Part shown: positions 48,301 to 58,074 of the stretch, piece by piece | Layout: every line of letters starts with the position of its first letter | How positions within the stretch are numbered: position 1 is the stretch's first letter | Origin: Cyanobacteria bacterium REEB446 | GTDB taxonomy: Bacteria; Cyanobacteriota; Vampirovibrionia; LMEP-6097 | Direction: 5' to 3' | NCBI GenBank assembly: GCA_018970325.1 | Contig: JAGWWP010000001.1 | Coordinates: 74,570 to 138,569, forward strand | Length of the DNA: 64,000 nt | Program-made: the position numbers and the translations under genes | Notes under the pieces: generated by a model | Seen by the model: the letters and a program-made list of their open reading frames with translations, nothing else | Database searches by the model: none | What the model was told of the DNA's origin: nothing

Positions 48301-49570
48301 AAATACTGAAGGAGAGATAGATAGTGAGCTTATTGATAAGACTTTTAGATTTGATTTAATTATATTTGATGAAGCCTCACAGATTCGTACTGAGGATGCG
48401 ATACCTGCGATTTATCGTGGCAAGCAGCTTATTTTAGCTGGGGATACTAATCAGTTACCACCGACTAATTTCTTTAATTCTTTTGCGAATGAAGAAGATG
48501 ATGACGATGATACTGAGAAAAGAAACTTTGAAAGTGTGCTTGATGAGTGTGCAGTATTTTTACCGAAAAAGGATTTAGTCTGGCATTACAGAAGTAAACA
48601 TGAGGATTTAATTCAATTTTCAAATCATTATATTTACGATGGCCAGTTAATTACTTTCCCCTCTCCAGTTAAGCAGAGTGAGGAGTTTGGGGTCCATTTT
48701 GAATTAGTTCCAGATGGCAAGTTTGAGAAAGGAGCTAGATTTAATAAGAAAGAGGCTAGAACTGTCGCTGAAGCCATAGTTAATCACTATTCTGGCCCAT
48801 ATAGGCATTATTCTTTAGGAGTTATCGCCTTTTCTGAAGCGCAGCAGATGGCTATAGAGAGAGAGTTATTAAACGTTCTTAGGAAAGATGCTGAAATTAG
48901 TGAAGCCATTATCGCAAATGATTTATTTATAAAGAACTTGGAAAATGTTCAGGGTGATGAAAGAGATTTTATTTTCTTTAGCGTAGGCTACGCTCGTGAT
49001 AAGAAGGGGAATCTTTCTCATAATTTCGGACCTTTAAATCGTGAAGGTGGTCACAGAAGGCTAAATGTAGCGATTACTCGTGCGAGAAATAAAATTAAAA
49101 TCTTTAGCTCAATTAATTCAGCAGATATAGATTTAAGCAGATCTAATGCTAGAGGGGTGCGAATGCTTAAAGAGTATTTAAAATATGCTGAAACGCAATT
49201 CTTAAGTACAGCTAAAGCTTATTTAAAAACTTCACTTAATGAAAGTGGTGACATACATAAGATAATCGCAAAGGCACTTGAAGCGAAGGGCTTTATAGTA
49301 GATCAATTCCTAGGTTCTTCAGCCTATAAGGTAGATTTGGCAGTCAGGGACAGAGAAAACCCTGAACACTACAGTTTAGGCATAGAACTTGACGGTTACT
49401 TCTATAAATCCGCTAAAAGTATTAGAGATAGAGAGCGTCTTAGAAAGCAGATTATGCAGTCTCTAGGGTGGAATGTTTGTAAAGTCTGGTCTAGAGATTG
49501 GGTTAAAAACCCTGATGCTGAGACAGAGAAGATTTTAAATCAACTAAATTCACACTCGGGTATTATTTAA
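45359..49570 (+). CDS. DUF4011 + SF1 (DNA2/NAM7-like) helicase + Vsr-like nuclease
   Basis: WKNSLIDFSRRNKLL, DADSSQ, QGPPGTGKSQT, FDEASQ, HYRS, ENVQGDERD, RLNVAITRAR, VDLAV...GIELDG...RDRERLR. Confidence 0.9.
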   Translation: MSISFDRWKNSLIDFSRRNKLLHFKKNLGPSVNLIESAEEVFRKFVLEQKDLGFKSKPQAAPIESMDNGLGLEAEDEIAFDESIFDMASITPILDEDTANILLTDKDDRELELVLSRLRSRSRDSLSDQGVNILFVALNFLHWQDKSSDEDLVFESPVLLVPACLTRKGLSGSYRLEILQDELRVNPTLAYKFKRDFAIDLSPLEDKLEEIISESLPVTEFFSELQKILDVHGDLTKSWKLVDENYLSLFSFAKLSMYQDLESNQKLIEEHPIVKRVSGHGLSSTSFSLTQNYADVKPENIDQKYKSLESFQILDADSSQQAAIYSAREGQSFVLQGPPGTGKSQTIANIISESLAQGKKILFVSEKKAALDVVYERLKLANLDQFCLDLHGSQQSKASIMQKLASSNEEVKKLALKADPELYVEPLDRLKEELDQNLNEFHKVRYPVNLSLYQLYSKLSLINWDLRAYPQLEFTIRNIERIGEKELYDLRFFFEDFGRKSFIINNYHKFIWRNVRIEQINYELENEIRSNLIEAKSLSQRLFQLASPIAERYFNRKINSLNELKWLAEATRLAIDSPFPQESWLSKTKIKEIESVTLKAKDKYEEYYSIKENLLSQYSSEFLNLDHFDLLAKFRSDYSDDNIFRFLNINYWKDMKRIKELALYDQVKGLHSLIRDLEQAAELDKKQDQLAKQDTDLSYNLGNFYKKYNTNWQETLTAINWVKKIIGKLELDELPKNLAEILAESDNEEAFKNFQTAGHEFLKAFELFKGHVDFYYKLFPVPNVDLENLSFKEFDGHFDDLIKNIVQIEDWLEFRNLKNRAIDLGLGQLFEAIVNSNADGEALYSGAYSADLGVNNFSSEILEKVFLSKFYQSWIDKIEIENPNIRKFSGSAQALLTEKFIKLDKDQIENVRRKLCERLALNWLEYYANPINQRALDIFNLEINKKKRHKPVRVLIREIPNLLQTLKPCWMMSPLSVSQLLNTEGEIDSELIDKTFRFDLIIFDEASQIRTEDAIPAIYRGKQLILAGDTNQLPPTNFFNSFANEEDDDDDTEKRNFESVLDECAVFLPKKDLVWHYRSKHEDLIQFSNHYIYDGQLITFPSPVKQSEEFGVHFELVPDGKFEKGARFNKKEARTVAEAIVNHYSGPYRHYSLGVIAFSEAQQMAIERELLNVLRKDAEISEAIIANDLFIKNLENVQGDERDFIFFSVGYARDKKGNLSHNFGPLNREGGHRRLNVAITRARNKIKIFSSINSADIDLSRSNARGVRMLKEYLKYAETQFLSTAKAYLKTSLNESGDIHKIIAKALEAKGFIVDQFLGSSAYKVDLAVRDRENPEHYSLGIELDGYFYKSAKSIRDRERLRKQIMQSLGWNVCKVWSRDWVKNPDAETEKILNQLNSHSGII

Positions 49571-49623
49571 AGTTCTTATAAAGTTTTAACCTTGGGTATA
49601 AGCCTTCTATTGGGATATAATTA

Positions 49624-51474
49624 TTGCAAATGGTCACACAAGAAAAGCCTAAAGAAACTCTATCTTCCGTTACTATAAGATTTGTCGGAGATAGTGGTGA
49701 TGGAATGCAGCTTACAGGTACTCAATTCACGAATACCAGTGCTCTTTTCGGAAATGATACCAGTACTTATCCTAATTTCCCTGCTGAGATTAGAGCCCCA
49801 CAAGGTACACTAGCAGGGGTTTCTGGCTTCCAGATTCATTTTAGCTCGAATAATATTCACACTGCAGGTGATCACTTAGATGTGCTTGTAGCGATGAATC
49901 CAGCTGCTTTTAAAACGAATATAAATGATTTAAGGCAGAACGGTATACTCATTATTAATGAAGATGCTTTCAGCGCGAGTAATCTAAAGAAAGCTGGTTT
50001 TAAGGAAGACGAAGACGTTTTCTCTAGATATTTAAATAAATTCAGAATATATAAAGTGCCTATTACGAAGATGACTCTAGGAGCTTTAGACGGCTTAGAT
50101 ATGATGGCTAAGGCTAAAGAGCGTTGCAAGAATATGTTTGCTTTAGGTCTTACTTACTGGATTTATTCTAGATCTTTAGATCCTACTCTAGAGTGGTTAG
50201 AGAGTAAGTTTGGCAAGAAACCAGATTTATTTGAATCTAACGTAAGAGCTTTAAAAGCTGGTTATAACTATGGTAATACCACCGAGATATTCCAGAATAC
50301 TTATGAAGTGCCGAAAGCTAAAATAGTTCCTGGTGTTTACCGTAACATTACTGGTAACCAAGCTATTTCCCTAGGTTTCGTCGCGGCAAGTGAGCTTGTT
50401 GGTAAGACTTTATTTATAGGTTCTTACCCGATAACACCGGCTACAGAGATACTTCAAGAGCTTTCTATGTATAAAAACTTTGGAGTGAAAACTTTCCAAG
50501 CTGAAGACGAAATCGCAGGGATAGGATCTGCTATAGGAGCTGCTTTCGCTGGGCAGTTAGCTATTACTACGACTTCTGGTCCTGGTATCGCTCTTAAGTC
50601 TGAGTTTATGAACTTAGCGGTTATAACAGAGCTTCCTGTGGTTATTGCTGATATTCAGCGTGGTGGCCCTTCTACTGGCTTACCTACGAAAACTGAACAG
50701 ACAGATTTACTTCAAGTCCTCTATGGAAGAAATGGTGAAAGCCCTATTCCAGTGGTGGCTGCTCGTAGTCCATCTGACTGCTTCTTAGCTGCTATTGAGG
50801 CTTGTAGAATAGCTATAGAATATATGACACCAGTAGTGATACTGAGTGATACGCAGATAGCTATCGGTTCAGAGCCGTGGAAGTTGCCAGATTTAGAGAC
50901 TCTTAAGCCGATTCATACGAGAATTCATGAAGATATAGATACATTCGCTCCATATAGGCGTAATGATGATTTAGCTAGGCAGTGGGCTCTCCCTGGAACA
51001 CCTGGCTGTGAGCATACTATAGGTGGCTTAGAGAAAGAAAATATTACAGGTAAAGTGAATCTTAGTGCTGAAGTCCATGAAGAGATGGTTAAAATCAGAG
51101 CAGCGAAGGTTAAAGGTATCGCTGATAAACTTCCGCCATTAGAGGTTTATGGTGAGCAGTCTGGAGATTTACTTTTCTTAGGCTGGGGTAGTACTTACGG
51201 TGCTATAAGAACTGCTGCTGATGAGCTTCTTGCAAGTGGCTATAAAGTTGGTCAAGTGCATTTAAGACATATCAATCCTTTACCTAATGATCTAGGAGAG
51301 ATTTTCAGTAGATTTAAACATATAGTAGTTCCAGAACTGAATTCAGGTCAGCTTTTAATGATATTAAGAGCTAAATTCTTGATAGATATCAAGGGTATTA
51401 ATCAGGTTAATACTAAGCCGTTCGCAGTTTCAGATCTAGTTAGTAGAGCTAAAGAGCTTATAGGAGATAAATAA
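49624..51474 (+). CDS. korA: 2-oxoacid:acceptor oxidoreductase alpha subunit, second copy
   Basis: GDSGDGMQLTG, PAEIRAP, YPITPA, QRGGPSTGLPTK. Confidence 0.92.
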   Translation: MQMVTQEKPKETLSSVTIRFVGDSGDGMQLTGTQFTNTSALFGNDTSTYPNFPAEIRAPQGTLAGVSGFQIHFSSNNIHTAGDHLDVLVAMNPAAFKTNINDLRQNGILIINEDAFSASNLKKAGFKEDEDVFSRYLNKFRIYKVPITKMTLGALDGLDMMAKAKERCKNMFALGLTYWIYSRSLDPTLEWLESKFGKKPDLFESNVRALKAGYNYGNTTEIFQNTYEVPKAKIVPGVYRNITGNQAISLGFVAASELVGKTLFIGSYPITPATEILQELSMYKNFGVKTFQAEDEIAGIGSAIGAAFAGQLAITTTSGPGIALKSEFMNLAVITELPVVIADIQRGGPSTGLPTKTEQTDLLQVLYGRNGESPIPVVAARSPSDCFLAAIEACRIAIEYMTPVVILSDTQIAIGSEPWKLPDLETLKPIHTRIHEDIDTFAPYRRNDDLARQWALPGTPGCEHTIGGLEKENITGKVNLSAEVHEEMVKIRAAKVKGIADKLPPLEVYGEQSGDLLFLGWGSTYGAIRTAADELLASGYKVGQVHLRHINPLPNDLGEIFSRFKHIVVPELNSGQLLMILRAKFLIDIKGINQVNTKPFAVSDLVSRAKELIGDK

Positions 51475-51475
51475 G

Positions 51476-52543
51476 ATGACTCAGACTCAAGAGTTAACTA
51501 AAGCGGATTTCGTTAGTGAAGGTGATGTTAAATGGTGTCCAGGTTGTGGAGATTATGCGATTCTATCTTCAGTTCAGACAGTGCTTCCTACTCTAGGTAT
51601 ACCTAAAGAAAAATTCTGTTTCGTTTCTGGTATAGGCTGCTCTAGCCGTTTCCCATATTATATGGATACTTATGGTTTTCATACTATTCATGGACGTGCT
51701 CCTACAGTAGCTTCTGGTGTTAAAATGGCTAATCCAGACTTGTCTGTTTGGGTAGTTACTGGTGATGGAGATGGTCTTAGCATCGGTGCTAATCATACAG
51801 TGCACATGATCAGAAGAAATATGGATCTTAAGGTCCTACTGTTTAATAACAGAATTTATGGTCTTACTAAAGGTCAGTATTCACCGACATCTGAGAAGGG
51901 GAAAGTGACTAAGACTTCTGTCTATGGTTCTATTGATAATCCTTTAAACCCTGTAGCTTTCGCTATCGCTTCTGGTGCGACTTTCGCTGCTAGAACTAAT
52001 GCTGCTAATCCTAAGCACATGCAAGAGATTCTAAAAGCTGCTGCTGATCATAAAGGTACTGCTTTCGTGGAGATACTTCAGAACTGTAATATCTTTAATG
52101 ATGGTGCTTTCGCTAAGTATTTAGATAAAGAAACTAAGGCAGAAGAGAATCTCATTTTAGAAGAAGGAAAGCCACTATTATTTAATAACGATACTCAAGG
52201 TATAGTTATGAGCTTGGAAGGTTCTCACCCAAGGTTAATAGTAGAGGAAGTTAATACTACTGATACTTCTGTGTCAATAACTGGAAAAAAATTCCTAGTA
52301 CATGACCCGAAGAATGAAGATCACACACTTTCTTATTTAATCAGTCAGTTAGGTGTTAGTCTAGAAGGCACTCCTACTGCTATGGGTGTTTTAAGAGCGG
52401 TTAGAAAGCCTACTTACGATGAGGTTCTTTATGAACAGGAAGCTCAGGCTAAGGCGCAAAGAGGTGTAGGTATTCTTAAAAAACTTATTTATTCTAGTGA
52501 TACTTGGACTGTTACTGAAGAGTCTCAGGCTGCTGGGGTTTAG
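51476..52543 (+). CDS. korB: 2-oxoacid:ferredoxin oxidoreductase beta subunit, second copy
   Basis: WCPGCGD, SGIGCSSR, GDGDG...NN, QNCNIFND. Confidence 0.92.
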   Translation: MTQTQELTKADFVSEGDVKWCPGCGDYAILSSVQTVLPTLGIPKEKFCFVSGIGCSSRFPYYMDTYGFHTIHGRAPTVASGVKMANPDLSVWVVTGDGDGLSIGANHTVHMIRRNMDLKVLLFNNRIYGLTKGQYSPTSEKGKVTKTSVYGSIDNPLNPVAFAIASGATFAARTNAANPKHMQEILKAAADHKGTAFVEILQNCNIFNDGAFAKYLDKETKAEENLILEEGKPLLFNNDTQGIVMSLEGSHPRLIVEEVNTTDTSVSITGKKFLVHDPKNEDHTLSYLISQLGVSLEGTPTAMGVLRAVRKPTYDEVLYEQEAQAKAQRGVGILKKLIYSSDTWTVTEESQAAGV

Positions 52544-52645
52544 GTTAACTGCTCTTCTCGGTTGATAATTAGTTGAAATCCTGTCGATATTTTATTAATA
52601 GGATTTTTAATCTATACTTAATTCAAATAGGCTAGGTGTGAGACT

Positions 52646-52837
52646 ATGAGTAAGGCGAATAATTCTAATAAGGTTGCTAGGGAGAAAATTAAAAAAGAAC
52701 TAGCATCTTATAAACTTCGTTCAAAAGATAATAAATATTTTATTGAAAATTTTGAGGCTGTAATGGGTCCTAAGCTTATCATTTCTTCTTTGAATATTCC
52801 TGCTAATCATAAAGATTTGATTGCTGGCTCACACTGA
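52646..52837 (+). CDS. Small hypothetical protein
   Basis: 63-aa ORF with aggtg RBS, 6 nt upstream of the KAP gene. Confidence 0.45.
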   Translation: MSKANNSNKVAREKIKKELASYKLRSKDNKYFIENFEAVMGPKLIISSLNIPANHKDLIAGSH

Positions 52838-52843
52838 GCCATT

Positions 52844-55387
52844 ATGAAAAAGTGGATTGTCGATTTTTTTAAAAATTTCTTTATCGCCTCTTTGGCTTTA
52901 GCTTTAGCGTGTGAGCTTTTAAATTTATCTTTTAAGCCTATAAAAAAGAGTGGGTCAGATTTTTTAATATTATTCAATAATATTTATTTCGGGTATTTTT
53001 TATTAGCGGCTTTCACCTTCTATATTGTTCTCTTGGCTCGCAGTAAAAAGCTTTCTGAGAGTAAATTCTGGGGTTTGGGTGCCGCTATCACCTTAATAGC
53101 ATGTTTTAATCAGGACTTTTTTCAGTCAATAGGAATCCTCTCAGGTAAGGATTATCAGATAGATATTAAGTTTCCTGTACTTTTTGTGTTGATATGGCTT
53201 ATTCCTTCAGTGTTTGAAGCTCTTTCTAGGAGAGAAGAGTTTAAAAAGAAATCAAAAGAAGAGAAACCTGAGAATTCTGCTGTCACGGATAAGTTTGGGC
53301 GAAAGGCTTTTGCTCGAAAATTTTTAGAACCTATTCTTGAAGATCAGTCTAGTAATCACTTAGATGAGTTTAATAGAGTTTTTGGTCTTCAAGCTCCGTG
53401 GGGTACTGGTAAAACTACTACTCTAGGTTATATAAAAGAGATTTTATTAGATAAAGAGCGTGAAAAAATTATTCTTATAGAATTTAACCCTTGGTACTGC
53501 AACGATGAAACTCAGGTGGCTGCTGAATTTTTAGCTCTTCTGATGGCGAAACTAGAAGAGAGATTTCCGTTAAAAGCTTTTAGCCTAGAGCGGGAAATAA
53601 CTGTTTATAAGAAGCTTTTATCTAATCAGTATCAGTCTTGGTTGGATATCTTGTCTCCACGAGACGAAGCTCGTAAAAATGAATTCGAGAAAATAAATAA
53701 CTTATTAGAGGATTTAACTAAAGGAGAAAAAATAAAAATCTCAGTTTTTATTGATGATTTAGATAGATTGGAAACTGCTTTATGTTTGAAGACTTTACAG
53801 TTAATAAGGCAGCTAGCTGCTTTTCGCAATATTAAATTTATAGTGACTTATGATAAGGCTCATCTAATGATGATGATTAGCAAGGAAGCTTTTAATACGA
53901 AATATTTAGATAAAATATTTCCTAATGAAACTTTATTGCCTCAGATTCCTAAAGAGCATCTGGCTGATTGGTTTTTTGAGAAATTAGAACCTGTTCTTAC
54001 TGAGGATGACAGGGAGATTTTAAAAAGAAGATCGAGTTATTTTGTTGAACGAGAACCTTTGGTGGGTGAAGAAGCTCTCCAATCTATTGATAGTTTATTT
54101 CATACAGAGCTAAATAGTTTTAGGGATGTGGAGAAGCTTTTAAATGATTTTAAAAATACTTATCAATTTATTAAAGATGATGTTTTCTTATGGAATTTAC
54201 TAATATTAGAATTGCTTAAACTTAATCATCCTCAGATTTATTCTAAATTAACTGAGTTTATAGAAATCACTAAGTACCAAGGGGAGAAGGGGATTTATGT
54301 TTTAAAACATGATTATGAAAATAATTTAAGTGATGATCAAGAAGAGAGACGGCGACAAAAGGCTTTATTAGAATATTTATTTGCTAAGAATAAACAACAT
54401 GTTCAGGATCTTAATTTAAGTCAATACCAAAAATTATTACACTCAATCTCTCAATTAGATTACCATGACTTATATTTTAGTCATGGATTTGTTCCAGATA
54501 GTTCGAAGCTTAGACCTAGTGAATTTAAACGCATTCTAATGTATGGTGAAGATCTGTCCAAAGCTCCAGACGTAAAGGTTTTGTTAGATGATGAGAGTAA
54601 ATTAAAATCGTTATTTAATCTTTTAGAGGCTAAAGAAATAGCTCCTATTAATAAATATTACTCAGGCATTCTTGAAATGTTTCTTCTATTTAGTACTAAA
54701 GTTAATGAGTCCCGTTATATAGAAGCTATCGCCAAATCTTTAATTTCTCGCTTGGTGGAAGATGATCTAAGTAAATATGAAAATAAATTTTTATCTCTTA
54801 AGCATAGACTGAGCAAGGGTTATAGAAGTTTAAATCCATTATTTATAATCTATTTTATTAAACATTGTAATGGGATTTATGTAGCCCCACATGGTTTCGG
54901 TCTTCGCCAAGAAAAACTTAAAAGCATCTTTCAAGATCAAGAGATGGGACTAAATGACGCTCTAGCAGATCAAGATATAGACACGTTACTGGATAACGTT
55001 CTAGAAGATTATTTAAAAAATAAATTAGATCAATATGATTCTAAGTATTTAGATCATTTTGTCGCTGTTTGGTTAGAAATTTTTCCAGATAAATTAAGCT
55101 TATTTAAAAAATTAGCCGCAGATAAAGAGGCTTTTAAAAGATTCCTAGAAGTCTCTATTGCTGCTAGAGATAAGCCAAATAAACAGAGATGGCTGCCAGA
55201 TTATTTAAGAAAGATTTTTAGTGAAAATGGCGGCGAGACTTTGTCACTATTTTTAGAACCCTGGCAGGGAGAGGCTTTTGCTCAGGAATATAAAAAGTTT
55301 GTAGAAGAATTTTTAAAATCAGGGGAGGAGGCTATAGACTTTGATTTCCAAGAACTTCAGATTAGAATTTTAGAATCGCGTGAATAG
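52844..55387 (+). CDS. KAP-family P-loop NTPase with N-terminal TM helices
   Basis: DKFGRK.FA, APWGTGKT, FNPW, VFIDDLDRL, YLDKIF. Confidence 0.88.
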   Translation: MKKWIVDFFKNFFIASLALALACELLNLSFKPIKKSGSDFLILFNNIYFGYFLLAAFTFYIVLLARSKKLSESKFWGLGAAITLIACFNQDFFQSIGILSGKDYQIDIKFPVLFVLIWLIPSVFEALSRREEFKKKSKEEKPENSAVTDKFGRKAFARKFLEPILEDQSSNHLDEFNRVFGLQAPWGTGKTTTLGYIKEILLDKEREKIILIEFNPWYCNDETQVAAEFLALLMAKLEERFPLKAFSLEREITVYKKLLSNQYQSWLDILSPRDEARKNEFEKINNLLEDLTKGEKIKISVFIDDLDRLETALCLKTLQLIRQLAAFRNIKFIVTYDKAHLMMMISKEAFNTKYLDKIFPNETLLPQIPKEHLADWFFEKLEPVLTEDDREILKRRSSYFVEREPLVGEEALQSIDSLFHTELNSFRDVEKLLNDFKNTYQFIKDDVFLWNLLILELLKLNHPQIYSKLTEFIEITKYQGEKGIYVLKHDYENNLSDDQEERRRQKALLEYLFAKNKQHVQDLNLSQYQKLLHSISQLDYHDLYFSHGFVPDSSKLRPSEFKRILMYGEDLSKAPDVKVLLDDESKLKSLFNLLEAKEIAPINKYYSGILEMFLLFSTKVNESRYIEAIAKSLISRLVEDDLSKYENKFLSLKHRLSKGYRSLNPLFIIYFIKHCNGIYVAPHGFGLRQEKLKSIFQDQEMGLNDALADQDIDTLLDNVLEDYLKNKLDQYDSKYLDHFVAVWLEIFPDKLSLFKKLAADKEAFKRFLEVSIAARDKPNKQRWLPDYLRKIFSENGGETLSLFLEPWQGEAFAQEYKKFVEEFLKSGEEAIDFDFQELQIRILESRE

Positions 55388-55433
55388 ATTTTAACTTTCC
55401 GCAGTTAAATCTATTCTTAGATTTTAGTTAGGG

Positions 55434-55649
55434 CTAAGCCTTATCATCATTAGGCTTCACAGCATTCTCTGTTTCAGAATCAGTAGCTTTTTTAAACTCT
55501 TCGCCAGCCTCTTCTATGCCTTTTTTAAAGCTTTTAAGCCCTTTACCAAGGTTTTTACCTAATTCAGGAAGTTTTTTAGGGCCAAATATAATTAAAGCCA
55601 CGAAAAGGATGACTATTAACTCTGGAAGACCTAGACCAAAAGGTAGCAT
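55434..55649 (-). CDS. tatA: Twin-arginine translocase TatA/E
   Basis: LGLPEL...[14 protein letters not shown]....FKK. Confidence 0.93.
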   Translation of the reverse strand: MLPFGLGLPELIVILFVALIIFGPKKLPELGKNLGKGLKSFKKGIEEAGEEFKKATDSETENAVKPNDDKA

Positions 55650-55677
55650 ACAAGACTAAATATACTACATTAATACG

Positions 55678-56424
55678 ATGGAGCTTAGGCTTTATACGTG
55701 GGATAAAGTAGGGGTCATGGCTTTATCATTTATAGAACAGCGTATAGCCCAGATGAACAGCTATTTAAAAGGTCTAGAGTCTCAGGTTGAGGCTAAGACT
55801 AGAATTTTAGATCAGAAGTTCGGTGAAAGAGCTAGCTTCGCTAATGTTTTAAATAAATTTACAGATCCTAGTAAGCCAGTGACTTCTAAAACAGAGGGGC
55901 ACCAGTTTGTAGGTAACAGTGTTAATGCTGTAAGCCAGAGTGATCTTAATATTCGGCAAGCTGTAAAAAACGCAGATGCTTATAGTCAGCTACCAGAGGG
56001 TTTCGAGGATTACATTAATACCACGACCACTGAGCTTGCGACTTACTATAAGGTAGATCTTTCACCTAATTTAGTAAAAAGCGTTATTAAACAGGAATCG
56101 GGTTTCGATCCTAATGCGAAAAGTGCGGTGGGGGCAGAAGGGCTGATGCAGCTTATGCCAGGAACTGCACGCGATATGGGTGTTTTTAACAGTTGGAATC
56201 CTTATCAGAATGTTAAAGGTGGTGTTAAATATTTAGCTCAGATGTTAAGTCGTTTCGATGGAAATGTTCAGAAGGCACTAGCGGCTTATAACGCGGGGCC
56301 AGAAGCCGTGGCGAAATATAAAGGCATTCCACCTTATAGTGAAACTAAAAATTATGTCAGTACCATTATGAAAGATTACTTAAAACGTGAAAATGGTTAC
56401 GAAAATATTGATTTGACAGGTTGA
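55678..56424 (+). CDS. Lytic transglycosylase (SLT domain)
   Basis: IKQESGF, GAEGLMQLMP, ALAAYNAG, ETKNYV; start may be ATG 55717. Confidence 0.9.
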   Translation: MELRLYTWDKVGVMALSFIEQRIAQMNSYLKGLESQVEAKTRILDQKFGERASFANVLNKFTDPSKPVTSKTEGHQFVGNSVNAVSQSDLNIRQAVKNADAYSQLPEGFEDYINTTTTELATYYKVDLSPNLVKSVIKQESGFDPNAKSAVGAEGLMQLMPGTARDMGVFNSWNPYQNVKGGVKYLAQMLSRFDGNVQKALAAYNAGPEAVAKYKGIPPYSETKNYVSTIMKDYLKRENGYENIDLTG

Positions 56425-56447
56425 AATTGGCTACAATTTAATTTCTG

Positions 56448-57017
56448 ATGTCAAAAAGAATAAGTTTTTTAGTCTTAGCGTTCGTAATGTTTACGAGTTT
56501 TGCTTGTACTGGTCCTAAAGCGGATTTAGGTTCTATAGTTACTTTTGACTACACTGGTACTTTTAAGAAGTCTGGTGAAGAGTTTGATACCACTAAAGGT
56601 AAAAAACCACTTGAGGTCGTTATCGGTAATAAACAGTTATTAAAAGCGTTTGAAGATAAATTACTAGGTATGCGTAAAGGTTCTAGTAAGTCTTTTGTAC
56701 TTAAGCCAGAAGAGGCTTATGGTGCTCGTGATCCTAAGAAAGTTGTAGAAATTGAGAGAGATAAAAGATTTACTGGTGTAGAGCTTAAAAACGGTTCTAC
56801 TATCTATGCTGTAAATAAAGATGCTAAAGGTAATAATGTTTCTACTCCACTAAAAATAGTTAGTTTTACTGATTCTAAAGTGACTATCGACTATAATCAC
56901 CCGCTTGCTGGCGAGGAATTAAAGTTTAAAGTTAAAGTAGTCGATGTTAAGCCTTTCGATGATAGAACTAAAGTTCTTACTCAAGCTGATCTTGATGCTG
57001 CTAAGGCTAAGAAGTAA
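56448..57017 (+). CDS. FKBP-type peptidyl-prolyl isomerase (SlyD-like), probable lipoprotein
   Basis: Signal ...SFAC; EEFDTT, PEEAYG, DYNHPLAG. Confidence 0.9.
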   Translation: MSKRISFLVLAFVMFTSFACTGPKADLGSIVTFDYTGTFKKSGEEFDTTKGKKPLEVVIGNKQLLKAFEDKLLGMRKGSSKSFVLKPEEAYGARDPKKVVEIERDKRFTGVELKNGSTIYAVNKDAKGNNVSTPLKIVSFTDSKVTIDYNHPLAGEELKFKVKVVDVKPFDDRTKVLTQADLDAAKAKK

Positions 57018-57091
57018 ATAGTGGTTAATATTTAACAAAAAGCCTTTTTTTGCTGAACGTCTAAAACAAGACTTCAATAATCTGCCGTGAT

Positions 57092-57937
57092 CTATAATTT
57101 CTCAGCCTGCATAGTCGAAAGCCTATCGTATTCTTCACTTAAACTCATAGGTTTATCCTCAAGCTTATGCTGCGATAAAGCGTGTTCTGGAGTGAAATTA
57201 TCATAAGTGGATTCTTCCAGCAGTACATCTAGTTTAGTACCAGGTTCCATTCTTACATCATCACGGGTTACTAGTGCTGCTCCTAATACTGCTCCACCAG
57301 CTACGACACTGCCAAAGGTAATAAAGTCTAAAATTTTAGCTATCCCGAAAGTATCATAGGGATTGGTTAAGGCTAAAAAGGCGTAGGCACCACTGCCAGC
57401 TACTGTTCCACCGACACCAGCAGCTACCGCTGCTCGCTTTTTATAACTGTCACCGAAGTTCACTTTTTCACTGTGAGCGATCAGTTCTTTTTGGCGAATT
57501 AGACCCTTTATGCTGAGTTCACGATTTAAATTAGTCTGCGGTATCGCGATGCGGTCGAAATTAATTTCGAGAGTCGGGTTTTTATAAAATTTTCCAGGTT
57601 TATCTAATTTAGAAATAAAGCCGTGCATGAAGCTATTAGTCGGAATTATCACATAATCATTAATAATTACGTCCTGCATGACTTGCACCGTGACTTGATC
57701 TCCTTGCTGACTCATACGAGTATCGACTGGCGTTCTAAGCTCTACAGGGATTTTTAAACCTCGCGGTAAATAATAACCATTAGTTTTTATAAGACCGCCA
57801 GAAAGCTTATTCGGGTCCACCGTTGGATTTCCTTTGGGCTTGGCGGCAAAACATACAGAGCTTTGCAAGCACGTAAGACTTAGCATCAAAACTATTGATA
57901 CAAGTTTTCTTTCGTGCTTTGCTCTGTATTTAAACAT
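57092..57937 (-). CDS. Exported hypothetical protein, weakly TrbI/VirB10-like
   Basis: Signal peptide; LPRGLKIPVELRTPVD...GDQV, glycine-rich hairpin, MEPGTKL. Confidence 0.6.
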   Translation of the reverse strand: MFKYRAKHERKLVSIVLMLSLTCLQSSVCFAAKPKGNPTVDPNKLSGGLIKTNGYYLPRGLKIPVELRTPVDTRMSQQGDQVTVQVMQDVIINDYVIIPTNSFMHGFISKLDKPGKFYKNPTLEINFDRIAIPQTNLNRELSIKGLIRQKELIAHSEKVNFGDSYKKRAAVAAGVGGTVAGSGAYAFLALTNPYDTFGIAKILDFITFGSVVAGGAVLGAALVTRDDVRMEPGTKLDVLLEESTYDNFTPEHALSQHKLEDKPMSLSEEYDRLSTMQAEKL

Positions 57938-58074
57938 TTATATAGGATTTTTATTCCTTAATTAAAGTCTGCTTTTATAGAGTAAATGAGCTATTTCTTA
58001 GGTGAAATTACTGAGTTTGAAAGTGAATTTATTTAACATGGCTTTAAACGTGGTATATTACACTTATACTCAAA

